In this document: piece by piece, positions 1 through 11,254 of the stretch
How the letters are laid out: each line of letters starts with the position of its first letter
How positions within the stretch are numbered: position 1 is the stretch's first letter
DNA from: Mobula hypostoma
Lineage: Eukaryota
Reading direction: 5' to 3'
Assembly (NCBI RefSeq): GCF_963921235.1
Contig: NC_086097.1
Span: forward strand, 168,580,001 to 168,644,000
Length of the DNA: 64,000 nt
Notes under the pieces: generated by a model
The model's database searches: none
The model's input: the letters and a program-made list of their open reading frames with translations, nothing else
What the model was told of the DNA's origin: nothing
Made by a program: the position numbers and the translations under genes

Positions 1-285
1 CTTGTTACCTCGGGTGGCGTGTGTGTCTGTCTTAGCGAACCTGTCCCTTTTTATCCCCCTGCTGGGGTATCGCCTGTCCATCACTTCAAACAGTTCAGGG
101 TTCAAAGGGGGAGCCGCTCCAGACAGCTCTCTCTCTCCCACGTCCCTTCATTACACATCTCCAGACGCTGCTCCATTGTTCCTTATCTCTCCTTCCCCTG
201 AGGGCAGGTGGCAGACCAACTGCTGATGTCACTGATGCTAACCCAGGCCAGCAAACATCTTAATTTTATGTGTATTCTCGTAACA
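1..285. mobile_element. Possible LTR end of an LTR retrotransposon
   Basis: Compositionally distinct segment ending cgtaaca (TGTTAC on the minus strand), a typical LTR terminus. The other end is outside the window. Confidence 0.35.
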
Positions 286-629
286 GTCACTAGAGTTTTC
301 CCCACAAACCTCAAACTATTTTATGGCAGTTAACTTATATCAGAATTCAGAAGTCACTGTTGGTGGAACACTTGCTCCCTCTCTAGTTTTGCATTGAATT
401 GAAACCCACTTAAATCTCTCATTAACCTCCCTAGGCCAATGTCAATTTCTCTCACTGACTCTATTCATCAGCTATCTCTTTCCCCAGGAGAGTGTGAAAC
501 GTGAGCAGGAGGAGATCCCTCGGGCTGCTCCACCATTCAACAACTGCGCCATTCCAGTGACATTCCCGCACTTCTTAATTCCCTCAATGTATCTCAACCT
601 GGAATTTACTCACTTCCCCAAAGCCTTAT

Positions 630-896
630 TTATTTTATTTACAGATAACAGAGTGGAACAGGCCCTTCGACTCAGGCCAGCAGCAACCCTAACCTAACCA
701 TGGGACAAATTACAATGATCAATTTTCCTACTAACCAGTACGTCTTTGGACTGTGGAAGGAAACCCGAACACCCAGAGGAAACCCATGCATTAACGGGGA
801 AGGACATAGAGACACCTTTTTGACGACGTTGCAACTGAACTCCAAATTCCCAAGCTGTAACAGTTATCACGCTAATCGCTGCACTACTGTGATGCC
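630..896 (-). mobile_element. V-SINE-type SINE (HE1-like)
   Basis: Core tgtggaaggaaacccgaacacccagaggaaaccca is the reverse complement of the V-domain GGGTTTCCTCCGGGTGCTCCGGTTTCCTCCCACA. Confidence 0.75.
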
Positions 897-1361
897 CTTT
901 TGGGGGGAAAGAGAATTCCAAAGGACTCCAAATTCCTGCAGTGGATTCTATTACCACTGCTCTATAACCAGTCTCAAAGAGGGAAGCATCAGCTGTTCTT
1001 CTGATGAGAGGTTGTCCTGCCATTATTGACAGGGTACACCCTGGCAGGATGGCTTCCTCATGTTCCAGCGCTTCCACTCCAGCTCTGTGGATTCTGGAGT
1101 AGCAGCTGAAGCCAAAAAGGACAACAGTCTCTGCTAGAGAGGAGACAGGAGGTCCTTGATGGGATGGATGGTTCGGGAGGTGATATGCTCCTCTTTCCAC
1201 AACTAGAACAGTGCCCTGTCCACCAAAGGTGATGGCGAATTTCCAAATGGATGTCTGGTTCTGTTGAGAAGTGGCTTCCAAGACATAGTAAGTGGTGTAT
1301 GTTTTAGAGTGTCTTATCATGGGCCTTGCAAAAGGGGCAGGCTAGTGGGGGATACAAGTTT

Positions 1362-2048
1362 TGTGGAGGAGGAGGAGAAGATGGCGGCACGATGCAGCGT
1401 GCACAGCCTCTTCAGTGATGAATATCTGTAATCTGTCAAGTAGGAGGCCGTGCACAATTCTGATTTGATGGAGACAGACATGAGAGCACGGAGGAACATC
1501 TGGTGAAACTTCTGAAATGCCTGTTTCGCTGCCGCTGCTACTGTATGATCTGAAATCTCCAGAGGGGAAGGCCCCAAATCCTCGGCCTTGCCTGTTGCTT
1601 GGCAGCCGGGGCTGGAGTCGAAGCGCTTGGCAGAGATGGTGCTCAGTGCTCGGTGTCGGAGGGCTGGTCAGAGCCTCGAAGTTTTCGAACGACTCACGAG
1701 TCGGACTGTGGTCGGGTGCATCCAGGATGCTGCATCGGCAAGTTTGCGGCGCTGGAAGCTCATGGCAGCTTCCTTCTACCGTCTGCGTGAGATGTTGGGG
1801 CTGTCGGGACTTTGAGACTTTTTTTACCATGCCCATGGTCTGCTCTTATCAAATTATGGTATTGCTTTGCACTGTTGTAACTATATGTTACAATTATGTG
1901 GTTTTTGTCAGTTTTAGTCTTGGTCTGTCTTGTGTTTCTGTGATATCTTACTGGAGGAACATTGTATCATTTTTTAATGCATGCATTTCTACAAATGTAA
2001 AGGACAATAAACGAGGACTGAGTGTCCTCATAATCTAATCTAGTCTAA
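1362..2048 (+). mobile_element. Non-autonomous LINE-derived element (AAGATGGCGGC head, (AATCT)n tail)
   Basis: CpG-rich 5' part and T-rich 3' part ending ataatctaatctagtcta, similar to the Rex1-like tail near 39087-39100. Confidence 0.55.
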
Positions 2049-2276
2049 GAGCTCTGCTCTCGCATTCGCTGACCATGCACAAATACAAGTGTTGCCTCCA
2101 CAGTGGGGTTCAAGGACTGAGTTTGAAATGACTTTTGGTTCTGGGCTCAAGGTTGCCACATTTCTCCTTTGCCCTGCTGATTACTCTCATTCCAGGGGGA
2201 AGCTTGTCAGAGGTCAGGTGCTTAGGGGGAAAGAAACAGCCGAAGGTCCATCAGAAAATCTCAGACCTACAAGGAT

Positions 2277-4374
2277 TTAGAAACCATAGAAAAACTACAG
2301 CACAGAAACAGGCCTTCTGGCCCTTCTTGGCTGTGCCGAACTATTTTCTGCCTAGTCCCACTGACCTGCACACAGACCATATCCCTCCATACACCTCCCA
2401 TCCATGTATCTGTCCAATTTATTCTTAAATATTAAAAAAGAACCTGCATTTACCATCTCGTCTGGCAGCTCATCCCATACTCCCACCACTCTCTGTGTGA
2501 AGAAGCCCCCACTAATGTTCTCTTTAAACTTTTCCCCCCTCACCCTTAACCCATGTCCTCTGGTTTTTTTCTCCCCTTGCCTCAGTGGAAAAAGCCTGCT
2601 TGCATTCACTCTATCTATACCTATCATAATTTTATATACCTCTATCAAATCTCCCCTCATTCTTCTACGCTCCAGGGAATAAAGTCCTAACCTATTCAAC
2701 CTTTCTCAGTAACTGAGTTTCTCAAGTCCCGGCAACATCCTTGTAAACCTTCTCTGCACTCTTTCAACCTTATTTATATCCTTCCTGTAATTTGGTGACC
2801 AAAACTGAACACAATACTCCAGATTCGGCCTCACCAATGCCTTATACAACCTCATCATAACATTCCAGCTCTTATACTCAATACTTTGATTAATAAAGGC
2901 CAATGTACCAAAAGCTCTCTTTACAACCCTATCTACCTGTGACGCCACTTTTAGGGAATTTTGTATCTGTATTCCCAGATCCCTCTGTTCTACTGCACTC
3001 CTCAGTGCCTTACCATTTACCCTGTATGTTCTACTTTGGTTTGTCCTTCCAAAGAGCAATACCTCACACTTGACTGTATTAAACTCCATCTGCCATTTTT
3101 CAGCCCATTTTTCCAGCTGGTCCAAGTCCCTCTGCAGGCTCTGAAAACCTTCCTCACTGTCTACTACACCTCCAATCTTTGGATCATCAGCAAACTTGCT
3201 GATCCAATTTACCACATCATCACCCAGATCATTGATATAGATGACAAATAACAATGGACTCAGCACTGATCCCTGTGGCACACCACTAGTCACAGGCCTC
3301 CACTCTGAGAAGCAATTCTCTACCACCACTCTCTGGCTTCTTCCATCGAGCCAATGTCTAATCCAATTTACCACCTCTCCATGTATACCTAGCGACTGAA
3401 TTTTCCTAACTAACCTCCCATGCAGGACCTTGTCAAAGGCCTTACTGAAGTCCATGTAGACAACATTAACTGCCTTCCCTTCATCCACTTTCCTGGTAAC
3501 CTCCTCGAAAAACTCCATTAGATTGGTCAAACATGACCTACCACACACAAAGCCATGTTGACTCTCCCTGATAAGTCCCTGTCTATCCAAATGCTTGTAG
3601 ATTCTGTCTCTTAGTACTCCCTCCAATAACTTACCCACTACCGACATCAAATTTACCGGCCTATAATTTCCCAGATTACTTTTCGATCCTTTTTTAAACA
3701 AAGGAACAACATGAGCCACTCTTCAATCCTCCGGCACCTCACCTGTAGACACCGACATTTTAAATACATCTGCCAGGGCCCCTGCAATTTCAACACTAGT
3801 CTCCTTCAAGGTCTGAGGAAATACCCTATCAGGTCCTGGGGATTTATCCACTTTAATTTGCCTCAAGATAGCAAGCACCTCCTCCTTTTCAATCTGTACA
3901 GTTTTCATGATCTCACTACTTGTTTCTCTTAATTCCATAGACTTCATGCCAGTTTCCTTAGTTAATACAGACGCAAAAAACCCATTTAAGATCTCCCCCA
4001 TTTCTTTTGGTTCCGCACATAGTCGACCACTCTGATCTATAAGAGGACCAATTTTATCCCTTACAATCCTTTTAATATACCTGTAAAAGCTCTTTGGATT
4101 ATCCTTCACTTTGACCGCCAAGGCAACCTCATGTCTTCTTTTAGCCCTCCTGATTTCTTTCTTAAGTATTTTCTTGCACTTTTTATACTCCTCAAGCAGC
4201 TTATTTACTCCCTGTTTCCTATACATGTCATACAACTCTCTCTTCTTCTTTATCAGAGTTGCAATATTTCTTGAGAACCAAGGTTCCTTATTCCTATTCA
4301 CTTTGCCTTTAATCCTGACAAGAACATACAAGCTCTGCACTCTCAAAATTTCTCCTTTGAAGGCTTCCCACTTA
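2277..4374 (-). mobile_element. Young CR1-clade LINE, 5'-truncated ORF2 (RT)
   Basis: ORFs 3723-4346, 2706-3719 and 2352-2699 share one frame and are split by two TGA stops. Motifs KSPGPD, NYRPV, DFSKAFDKV, GVPQGSVL, FADD and RPNLEYCVQFWSP. Confidence 0.96.
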
Positions 4375-5604
4375 CTGGGAAAGGCTTCCCATTTCCCAGT
4401 GTTACTGAGGTGATCTACAGTCCAAACACACCAATGCTCAGCCCACTGAGTATCAAGAAGAAAGGGAAGCTTATCGAGTACAATTCATGCCTACTAGAAG
4501 GAATACTTTGAAGAAATTTTCATCTGTGACTTTGTTCTTGACATGAGCACCTGACACTCTTCAGCAGAAAATTCTCCAATCTATCCATGCTGTTACACCT
4601 GAAGACACCACAGGAACTGCAGATGATGAAATCTGGAGCAATGCAAAAGCACTGGAGGAACTTAGCAGGTCAGGCAGAATTATAGAGGTAAATGGATAAT
4701 CAATGTTTCAGCTTGCGTCCTTTCATCTAGACACAGAGAATTGGTGGGGGGGGCGGGAGATAGCTAGTATAAAGAGGTAAGTGGAAGGGGTGGAGGTAAC
4801 TTAGCATCTGATGTTCATCCTGTAGTGGCCTTTCTCACTATCCACAACCACCAACTTTCTAGGTCAATGGGACCACTTGGATTCCAGAGTTGAGAGTCAT
4901 CCTACTCAATCTCTCCTCATAGGTCATTCCTCTTGTCTCACACATCCGTCTCATTAACCAACCTTTAGGTATAAGCCTGTCTTTGATGATGGAGACCAAA
5001 ACTAAATGCAGTACCATGGAATCAGAAGGCCATTCAGCCCATTATGTCCAACCTATTATTCAAAATCTGGTCTCACCCAAAGCCCTGTACCATCATAGGA
5101 GGGCTTCCTTACTCCTTCACTGCAAACTCTGATGCAAGCAATGTTACTAATGTTGAGGATGCAGTTTGAACGTAAGCAGGGCAATAAAAATTTAATGGGC
5201 TTTTTTGATTCAGAACCAAAACATCTGTAACACATAAGACATAAGACAAAAGAGCACATGATGGCTAGTTAATAGCGTCATAGGATCTTGTGGAACAGAA
5301 ACTGGTCACCATACCCATACTGACCACCAAATACCCACTTATATGAATAGAAATATTCAGACCAATGCATTACACACCTCAAGAAGCTAACTTTGCATGT
5401 GTATTATTCAGATCCTGCCCAATGTCAACTGAACCATACAGAAGGCGCCGAGAAGCTTGACAAAGGGAGGTAAGGTGGGGGAAGGGGTAGGTACGTACAG
5501 GGAGAAGCCTTGCCAGCTTTATTTTAATTAGTCTTCTGTAGGCCTTACTTTACTCTCATATCATCACCTCTTCACTTAGCATCCGGTTGGCGACAAGGAC
5601 TCAC

Positions 5605-5769
5605 CATCACTTTCCGCAGGGTGTACCTTCTGGATCGGATGTCATCCATAAGCATTTCATATGGTGTTAGCTGGTACTCGATGGGCAGCGGGTTGTACTG
5701 TCGCTCCTGCACCTTCTTCAGCTTCACGCCGTTCCGCAAATCCCGCATCACTTGCACCCAGAAGCATGC
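5605..5769 (-). CDS. spire1: Spire exon encoding WH2-A and WH2-B, 165 nt/55 aa: [55 protein letters not shown]
   Basis: Near-identical to recalled SPIRE1, with LKKV and LRKV WH2 motifs. Acceptor ctctcag, donor ATG|gtgagt. Confidence 0.97.
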
Positions 5770-6062
5770 CTGAGAGTGAACAGTTGGCATGGTTAGTGTG
5801 GGCACCCACTCCCTGCAGCTCCCTCTACGCTGGAACTAGCACCAAGCCTCAGCGCCAACAGGTACCATCCTCCAGTAGAAAGAACAAAGAGGTCAGGAAT
5901 TACCTGGTAGCCAGAGCTGGAGAGATTGGTAATCGACTTCTTGTTGCACTGAGATACAGTGAAGAACTGCTTTGCATGTCATCCCTACATACAGACCATT
6001 TCATGCACAAGTTCATCGAGGTAGTAGAAAGGAAAAAGCAATAACAGAATGCAGAATATGGT

Positions 6063-6218
6063 CACAAGAGATTCTGCAGATGCTGAAAAATCTTGAGCAA
6101 CACACACAAAATGATGGAGGTCAAGCAGCATCCTGATGAAGGGTCTCGGCCCAAAGCGTTTACCCTTTATTCCCCTCTATAGATGCTGCTTGGGTTCTTC
6201 CAGCGTATTGTGTGTTGC
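6063..6218. mobile_element. Fold-back Penelope terminus pair with a decayed plus-strand hammerhead
   Basis: gcaacacacacaaaatg...cagcat is followed by cctgatgaagggtctcggcccaaagcgtt...atgctgc...ttgtgtgttgc. The GAAA box is mutated. Confidence 0.7.
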
Positions 6219-7805
6219 AGTCACTGAGGAAATGCAGTGCAGATAGGCAAATAAGGTTCAAGGATCACAACAAGGTAGACCGAGATCAAGAGTTCAAGTT
6301 TATTTTACAAGGTCCCTTTAAAAGTCTGATAACAGTGGGATACAAGCTGTCTTAAATCTAGTGATATGCGTTTTTAAAGTTTTGTATCTTCTGCTGGATG
6401 GACTGATAGCCAGGGCGAGGTGGAGAAAGGTCTTGGGTTACGTTGGCTGCTTTCCTAAGGCAATGGGAAGTGCAGACAGGGTCAGCAGAGGGGAGGATGG
6501 TTTTCATCATAGATTGGGCTGTGCTCACAACTTTTTGCAAGGTCCCCTAATTGCCCACTTCAAGGAGATTTGTTGTTCTCTGGGGAACCCCTAGCTCTAC
6601 CCAAAGTCCCCACTCAATTTATAAATGTTTAATAAGAACTATTTGTTTTTATAATTACACCTCTACTTTTTAGATAATGACCCATCCACCCAGACTGTAT
6701 GAAGTTCTAGGGATTAGAGAGATGGATTACCCCCATGGGAAGAATACCTGAAGGAGCAAATGGAAAGACGAGGAAATGGGAGGCAAAATTTCACAAGAAA
6801 GCAATGCCAGAAATAAAATTTGCCAGTAAGTTTTATTACTTCCTTAAAACTTCACCTGTCTACAAGGAGAGGGATGGCAGTTACACGTTGGGGTACATAT
6901 ATTAACAACATTTAAATGACACTTGGACAGGTACATGGATCGGAAAGGTTTAGAAGTATATGGGTAAATGTGACTAGCTTAGAGGGATAGATGAACCAAC
7001 TGGGTCAAAGGACTGTGCTTTTTGGCTCTAGTCAATTACATTAAATATACAGTATTTACCTTTGCTCTTATTGCTACATCATTGATTCAGCACCATCACC
7101 ATCACACAACAGTTATTCACAGAGAAAGCCATTCAGACCATTAAATATGTAGATGCTCCTAGTAGATAGTTCCCAATAGTATGAGTGCCTAGGACCATAG
7201 TATTAGTCAGAACACAAGGACATCCCTTTGGAATAGATATTAGGTGGGATTTCTTTAGCCAGAGGGTGGTGAATCTGTAGAATTCACTGTCATAGACGGC
7301 TGTGAAATACATCCGCTGTGATCGAATAGCAGAGCAGACCCGATGGGCCAAATGGACTAATTCTGCTCCTATGTCTTATGGTCTTACAGAAACCCCTTCA
7401 GTGCTGATCCCCCATTTTTTCCCTCAAATGCTGATCCAGTTCCTTCTTCAGAGCACTGAATAATCCCATACAAACATAAAAATAAACTCCAGATCACAGA
7501 AGTATCTGGAAAAGAAAATTAACTCTCCCTTGTATGCTTTGTCTGTACCTTTAAATATTTGTCCTTGATCCACGAGCCATGTGCTGAGTGAACAGCTGCT
7601 CCTGTTTCTCATTTACGGTCTTCAAGTCTCCCCTCAACCTTTGCTCCAAGGAGCTGCTCTAATCTAACCTTATAGCTTAAATATTATAGCAGTAACATTT
7701 TATTCTACATTGTTATTATTTTACATTATTCTACCTCAATGCACTGTGTAATGATTTGATGAGTATGAACAGTTTGCAAGACAAGCTTTTCACTGCATAT
7801 TGGTG

Positions 7806-8723
7806 CATACTTTATACTTTATTGTCGCCAAACAATTGGTACTAGAACGTATAATCATCACAGCGATACTTGATTCTGCGCTTCGCACTCCCTTGATTAC
7901 AAATATTAAATATTAAACATATTTAAAATTACTAAATATTAACAATTTAAATTATAAATCATAAATAGAAAATAGAAAAATGGGAAGTAAGGTAGTGCAA
8001 AAAAACCGAGAGGCAGATCTGGATATTTGGAGGGTACGGCCCAGATCCGGGTCAGGATCCGTTCAGCAGTCTTATCACAGTTGGAAAGAAGCTGTTCCCA
8101 AACCTGGCCGTACGAGTCTTCAAGCTCCTGAACCTTCTCCCAGAGGGAAGAAGGACGAAAAGTGTGTTGGCTGGGTGGGTCTTGTCCTTGATTATCCTGG
8201 TAGCACTGCTACGACAGCGTGCAGTGTAAAGTGAGTCCAAGGACGGAAGATTGGTTTGTGTGATGTGCTGGGCCGTGTTCACGATCTTTTGCAGCTTCTT
8301 TCAGTCTTGGACAGGACAACTTCCATACCAGGTTGTGATGCACCCTAGAAGAATGCTTTCTACGGCGCATCTATAAAAATTAGTGAGGGTTTTAGGGGAC
8401 AGGTCAAATTTCTTTAGTTTTCTCAGGAAGTAAAGGCGCTGGTGGGCCTTCTTGGCAGTGAACTCTGCTTGATTGGACCAAGTCAGGTCGTTTGTGATAT
8501 TGACCCTGAGGAACTTAAAACTTTTGACCTGTTCCACTTGCGCACCACCGATATAAATTGGGTCGTGCCGTCCGCTACTCCTTCTGAAGTCAACAACCAA
8601 TTCCTTCGTCTTGCTGACGTTGAGGGATAGGTTATTGTCTTCGCACCATGCCACCAGGTTCTTAATTTCCTCTCTGTACTCAAACTCATCATTACCTGAG
8701 ATACGGCCTACAATTGCTGTGTC
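7806..8723 (-). mobile_element. Rex1/Babar-type LINE 3' fragment, nested in an older 3' UTR repeat
   Basis: DTAIVGRISGNDE...WCEDNNLSLNVSKTKELVVDFRR, KKAHQRLYFLRKLKKF, FYRCAVESIL, LLPSGRRFRS, NSFFP. Tail atactttatacttt. Confidence 0.9.
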
Positions 8724-8863
8724 AATAATGAACAATGTAACAATAATAAACCAATATCAATACCAAACCTTTCAACCCAGAGCCACTGAAATTAATTGTT
8801 CCTGTACCCTTTAAGAACTTTTACACCTCGCCAAATACCAAGTGACTTTCACTGGCCATAATA

Positions 8864-9713
8864 CAGTGTATCCAGTTAATTGGGCTATCAGTTAATCAGG
8901 GCAGCCACCTACTTGGGACAACTCTTAAAGAACAAATCCTAAATCGAGAAAATAGCCAGGATTCTCTTTGTTTATCTGGGACACTATGCCACTAATTTGA
9001 GGTAGGAGACTGCTGCTGAACAGTTTCTAACTAGAAACAAGAGAAAATCTGCAGGTGCTAACTAGAGTCAGTCACATGCACTTGCATGACCATTGGACAC
9101 TACACAGTGCTTAGGGCAATCAGTTTTTAAATAGTGTCAGTTGCACGTGTTTGTGTTTAAAAAGTAGTGATTTTTGTCACTGATAGTTCACGAGAAATAA
9201 GCAGCAAAACAACTTGGAACTGTTTTGCTTATTGTGGTTTCAAGCATTCAGTCTTGGAGCTGGCAGTAACAGCCAGGAGTGAAAATGAAACAATTTCACT
9301 ACTTCAACAAGTTAGAAAGTACGAACAATTTGTAGGTATCGACAATCATCTTGAATGTTACAATGAAAATGAAGATTTGGAGGCTGCAATAATCAAAAGC
9401 ATTGTATGAAGACAGTCCATGTGTCTGTTCTGTGTTTATTTATTTACAGTCAATCAAAAGAACCCGGCAGATAAATTCCTCTGTTCATAAATATTAGGAA
9501 CTAATACGTAGCTTTAAAGTAGTGTAGAGGTATTGGTAGTGTTCTAATTTGTTCTGTATTTCATTTAAATACATATATTGTTACTCAGTTAAATGGTAGT
9601 TTGCTATTTTTATTCCTTTTAACTATTTCCATGAAGCTGGCTAATTGGGGCAGCCACTTAATTGGGCCAAAAGGTACTGGTCCCGATGTGTTCCAATTAA
9701 CTGGAATCCAATG
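8864..9713 (+). mobile_element. Tigger/pogo (Tc1-mariner) internal-deletion element
   Basis: TIRs cagtgtatccagttaattgg and ccaattaactggaatccaatg with TA on both sides. Remnant IFVTDSSREISSKTTWNCFAYCGF resembles a pogo DDE C-terminus. Confidence 0.85.
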
Positions 9714-9839
9714 TACTCCATTTTCAGCCTAGTCACTAATAATAGAATTTTGCAGATATCTGTACATTACAAAATCAATTACATTAAATATATTAATATA
9801 AAGAGAAGAAATGCTGTTTCTTTAATCATGGCAACTTAC

Positions 9840-9923
9840 CCAGTCAAAATTATTGAGCTCATCGAGTTCCACGTTAGGTTGGCAGCTTACATCCTCATTA
9901 AGTGCCTGCATTCTCCTCAGATT
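9840..9923 (-). CDS. spire1: Spire exon, KIND-WH2 linker, 84 nt/28 aa: NLRRMQALNEDVSCQPNVELDELNNFDW (absent from the ORF track)
   Basis: Manual reverse-complement translation. Acceptor ccttttccttggcag, donor TGG|gtaagt. Fills the gap corresponding to SPIRE1 NLKKIQEM...LEELKNADW, in frame. Confidence 0.93.
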
Positions 9924-10164
9924 CTGCCAAGGAAAAGGTAGCATGTTAGGATCATCAAACCGTCTAGGAGGAGATAGTTCAACACGTTATGCCTGCACCG
10001 CTCTTTCAAAGGGTCATAGACACTACAGCACAGAAACAGACCCTTCAGCCCATTGGGTCAATTAACCATCCTTTTCTCATGAATCACTGTGCATAAAGGG
10101 GACAAAATCGATCAGAGAATTCTCTTTGGAGCAAAAGAAAATTGCAAATCTATATTAAAGTTAA

Positions 10165-11060
10165 ATAAAAGAATGCTGAAAATGCTCAACGGGTTGGACA
10201 AATCCATAGAGACGGAACCATAGTCAACATTTCAAGGCCATGTCTATTTATCAGAACTGGAAAAGGCAGGAGACATGGTGGACAGACGGGAGATGTGGGG
10301 AGAGCAGACTGAATGCTGACGGTTGGGGTACAGACCAAAGTTGGTAAGGTATCAACTGTTTTAAAAACCAGCTTTAAGAGATGGAAGAGAAGGAAAGCAA
10401 AAGAACAAACTGAAACTGATATATCTAAAGACTGATTACCCGAAAATTGCTGAATTTAGTACAGCATTGATTTGCAAGGACTGCAACATGCCCAGATGAA
10501 GGATGAGGGACCATCGTCCAGTTTATATAAAAGGATTCATTGCAATACATAGGAAGACAAAGCCAGAGCAGGACATCAGAGTAGGAGCAAGATAAAGAAT
10601 TAAAGTTACAGGCAGCCAGAGCCTCAGAACCTCTCCACAGACTGAACAGACAAAATAGTCAACCAGTCTGTGTTTAGTTTCCCCCAACACAGAGAAGACA
10701 GCACATGGCCACCAAATGCAGTACAGAATCAGAAATACTATCATTGATGTATGACGTGAAATTTGATGTATTTGCAGCAACAATAAAGTGAAAAAACATA
10801 AAAATCTATCAATTACAAAAGTCGACAGTCCAAAAAAGAGAATAATGAGGTAGTGTTCGTGGGCTCAAAGACTGTTCAGATATCTGATGGCAGAGTACAG
10901 TAGATAGGAAGAGGAGTGTTAGATCCTTCATGATGGGAGTGAAAGAGGTAAAAGGGAAGGTGTTGGATGGGGACATGACATGAGAAGAAGAGTTAGATAA
11001 GACTAACAGAGGGAATGGACCTTGTCAAATATTTAAAGCGAGGGAAGAGAAAGACAACTT
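10165..11060 (-). mobile_element. Old Penelope-like relic
   Basis: LGETKHRLVDYF resembles the GIY-YIG YIGETKRRL motif. Decayed terminal motif and hammerhead at about 10170-10260. Confidence 0.6.
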
Positions 11061-11254
11061 TGACCGGCACTAGTGCAGACATTCCCTCTGTTCTCACCAC
11101 TCTTCCCCTTTGCCCAACTGAAAACATTCTTGTTTCCTTACTTTCCAGTTTTGATGAAGAGTTATTGACTTGTAATATTGATTCCTTTTCCCTCTCTACA
11201 GACCTGCCTGATGAGTGTTTCTGGTATTTTCAGATAATTCATTTTGTTAGTTTT

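Noticed and set aside
694..1320. 208-aa minus-strand ORF
   Set aside because: Runs through a V-SINE, has no recognisable domain and no splice support.
2706..3719. 337-aa reverse transcriptase ORF as a functional or domesticated gene (or a retron-like system)
   Set aside because: Ordinary 5'-truncated CR1 ORF2 bracketed by two nonsense codons, with no endonuclease or ORF1 and an altered FADDPK.
1..5600. Next Spire exon (VNGDIPPRLKKSAHE..., WH2-C)
   Set aside because: No matching sequence found by eye. It presumably lies beyond the window start.
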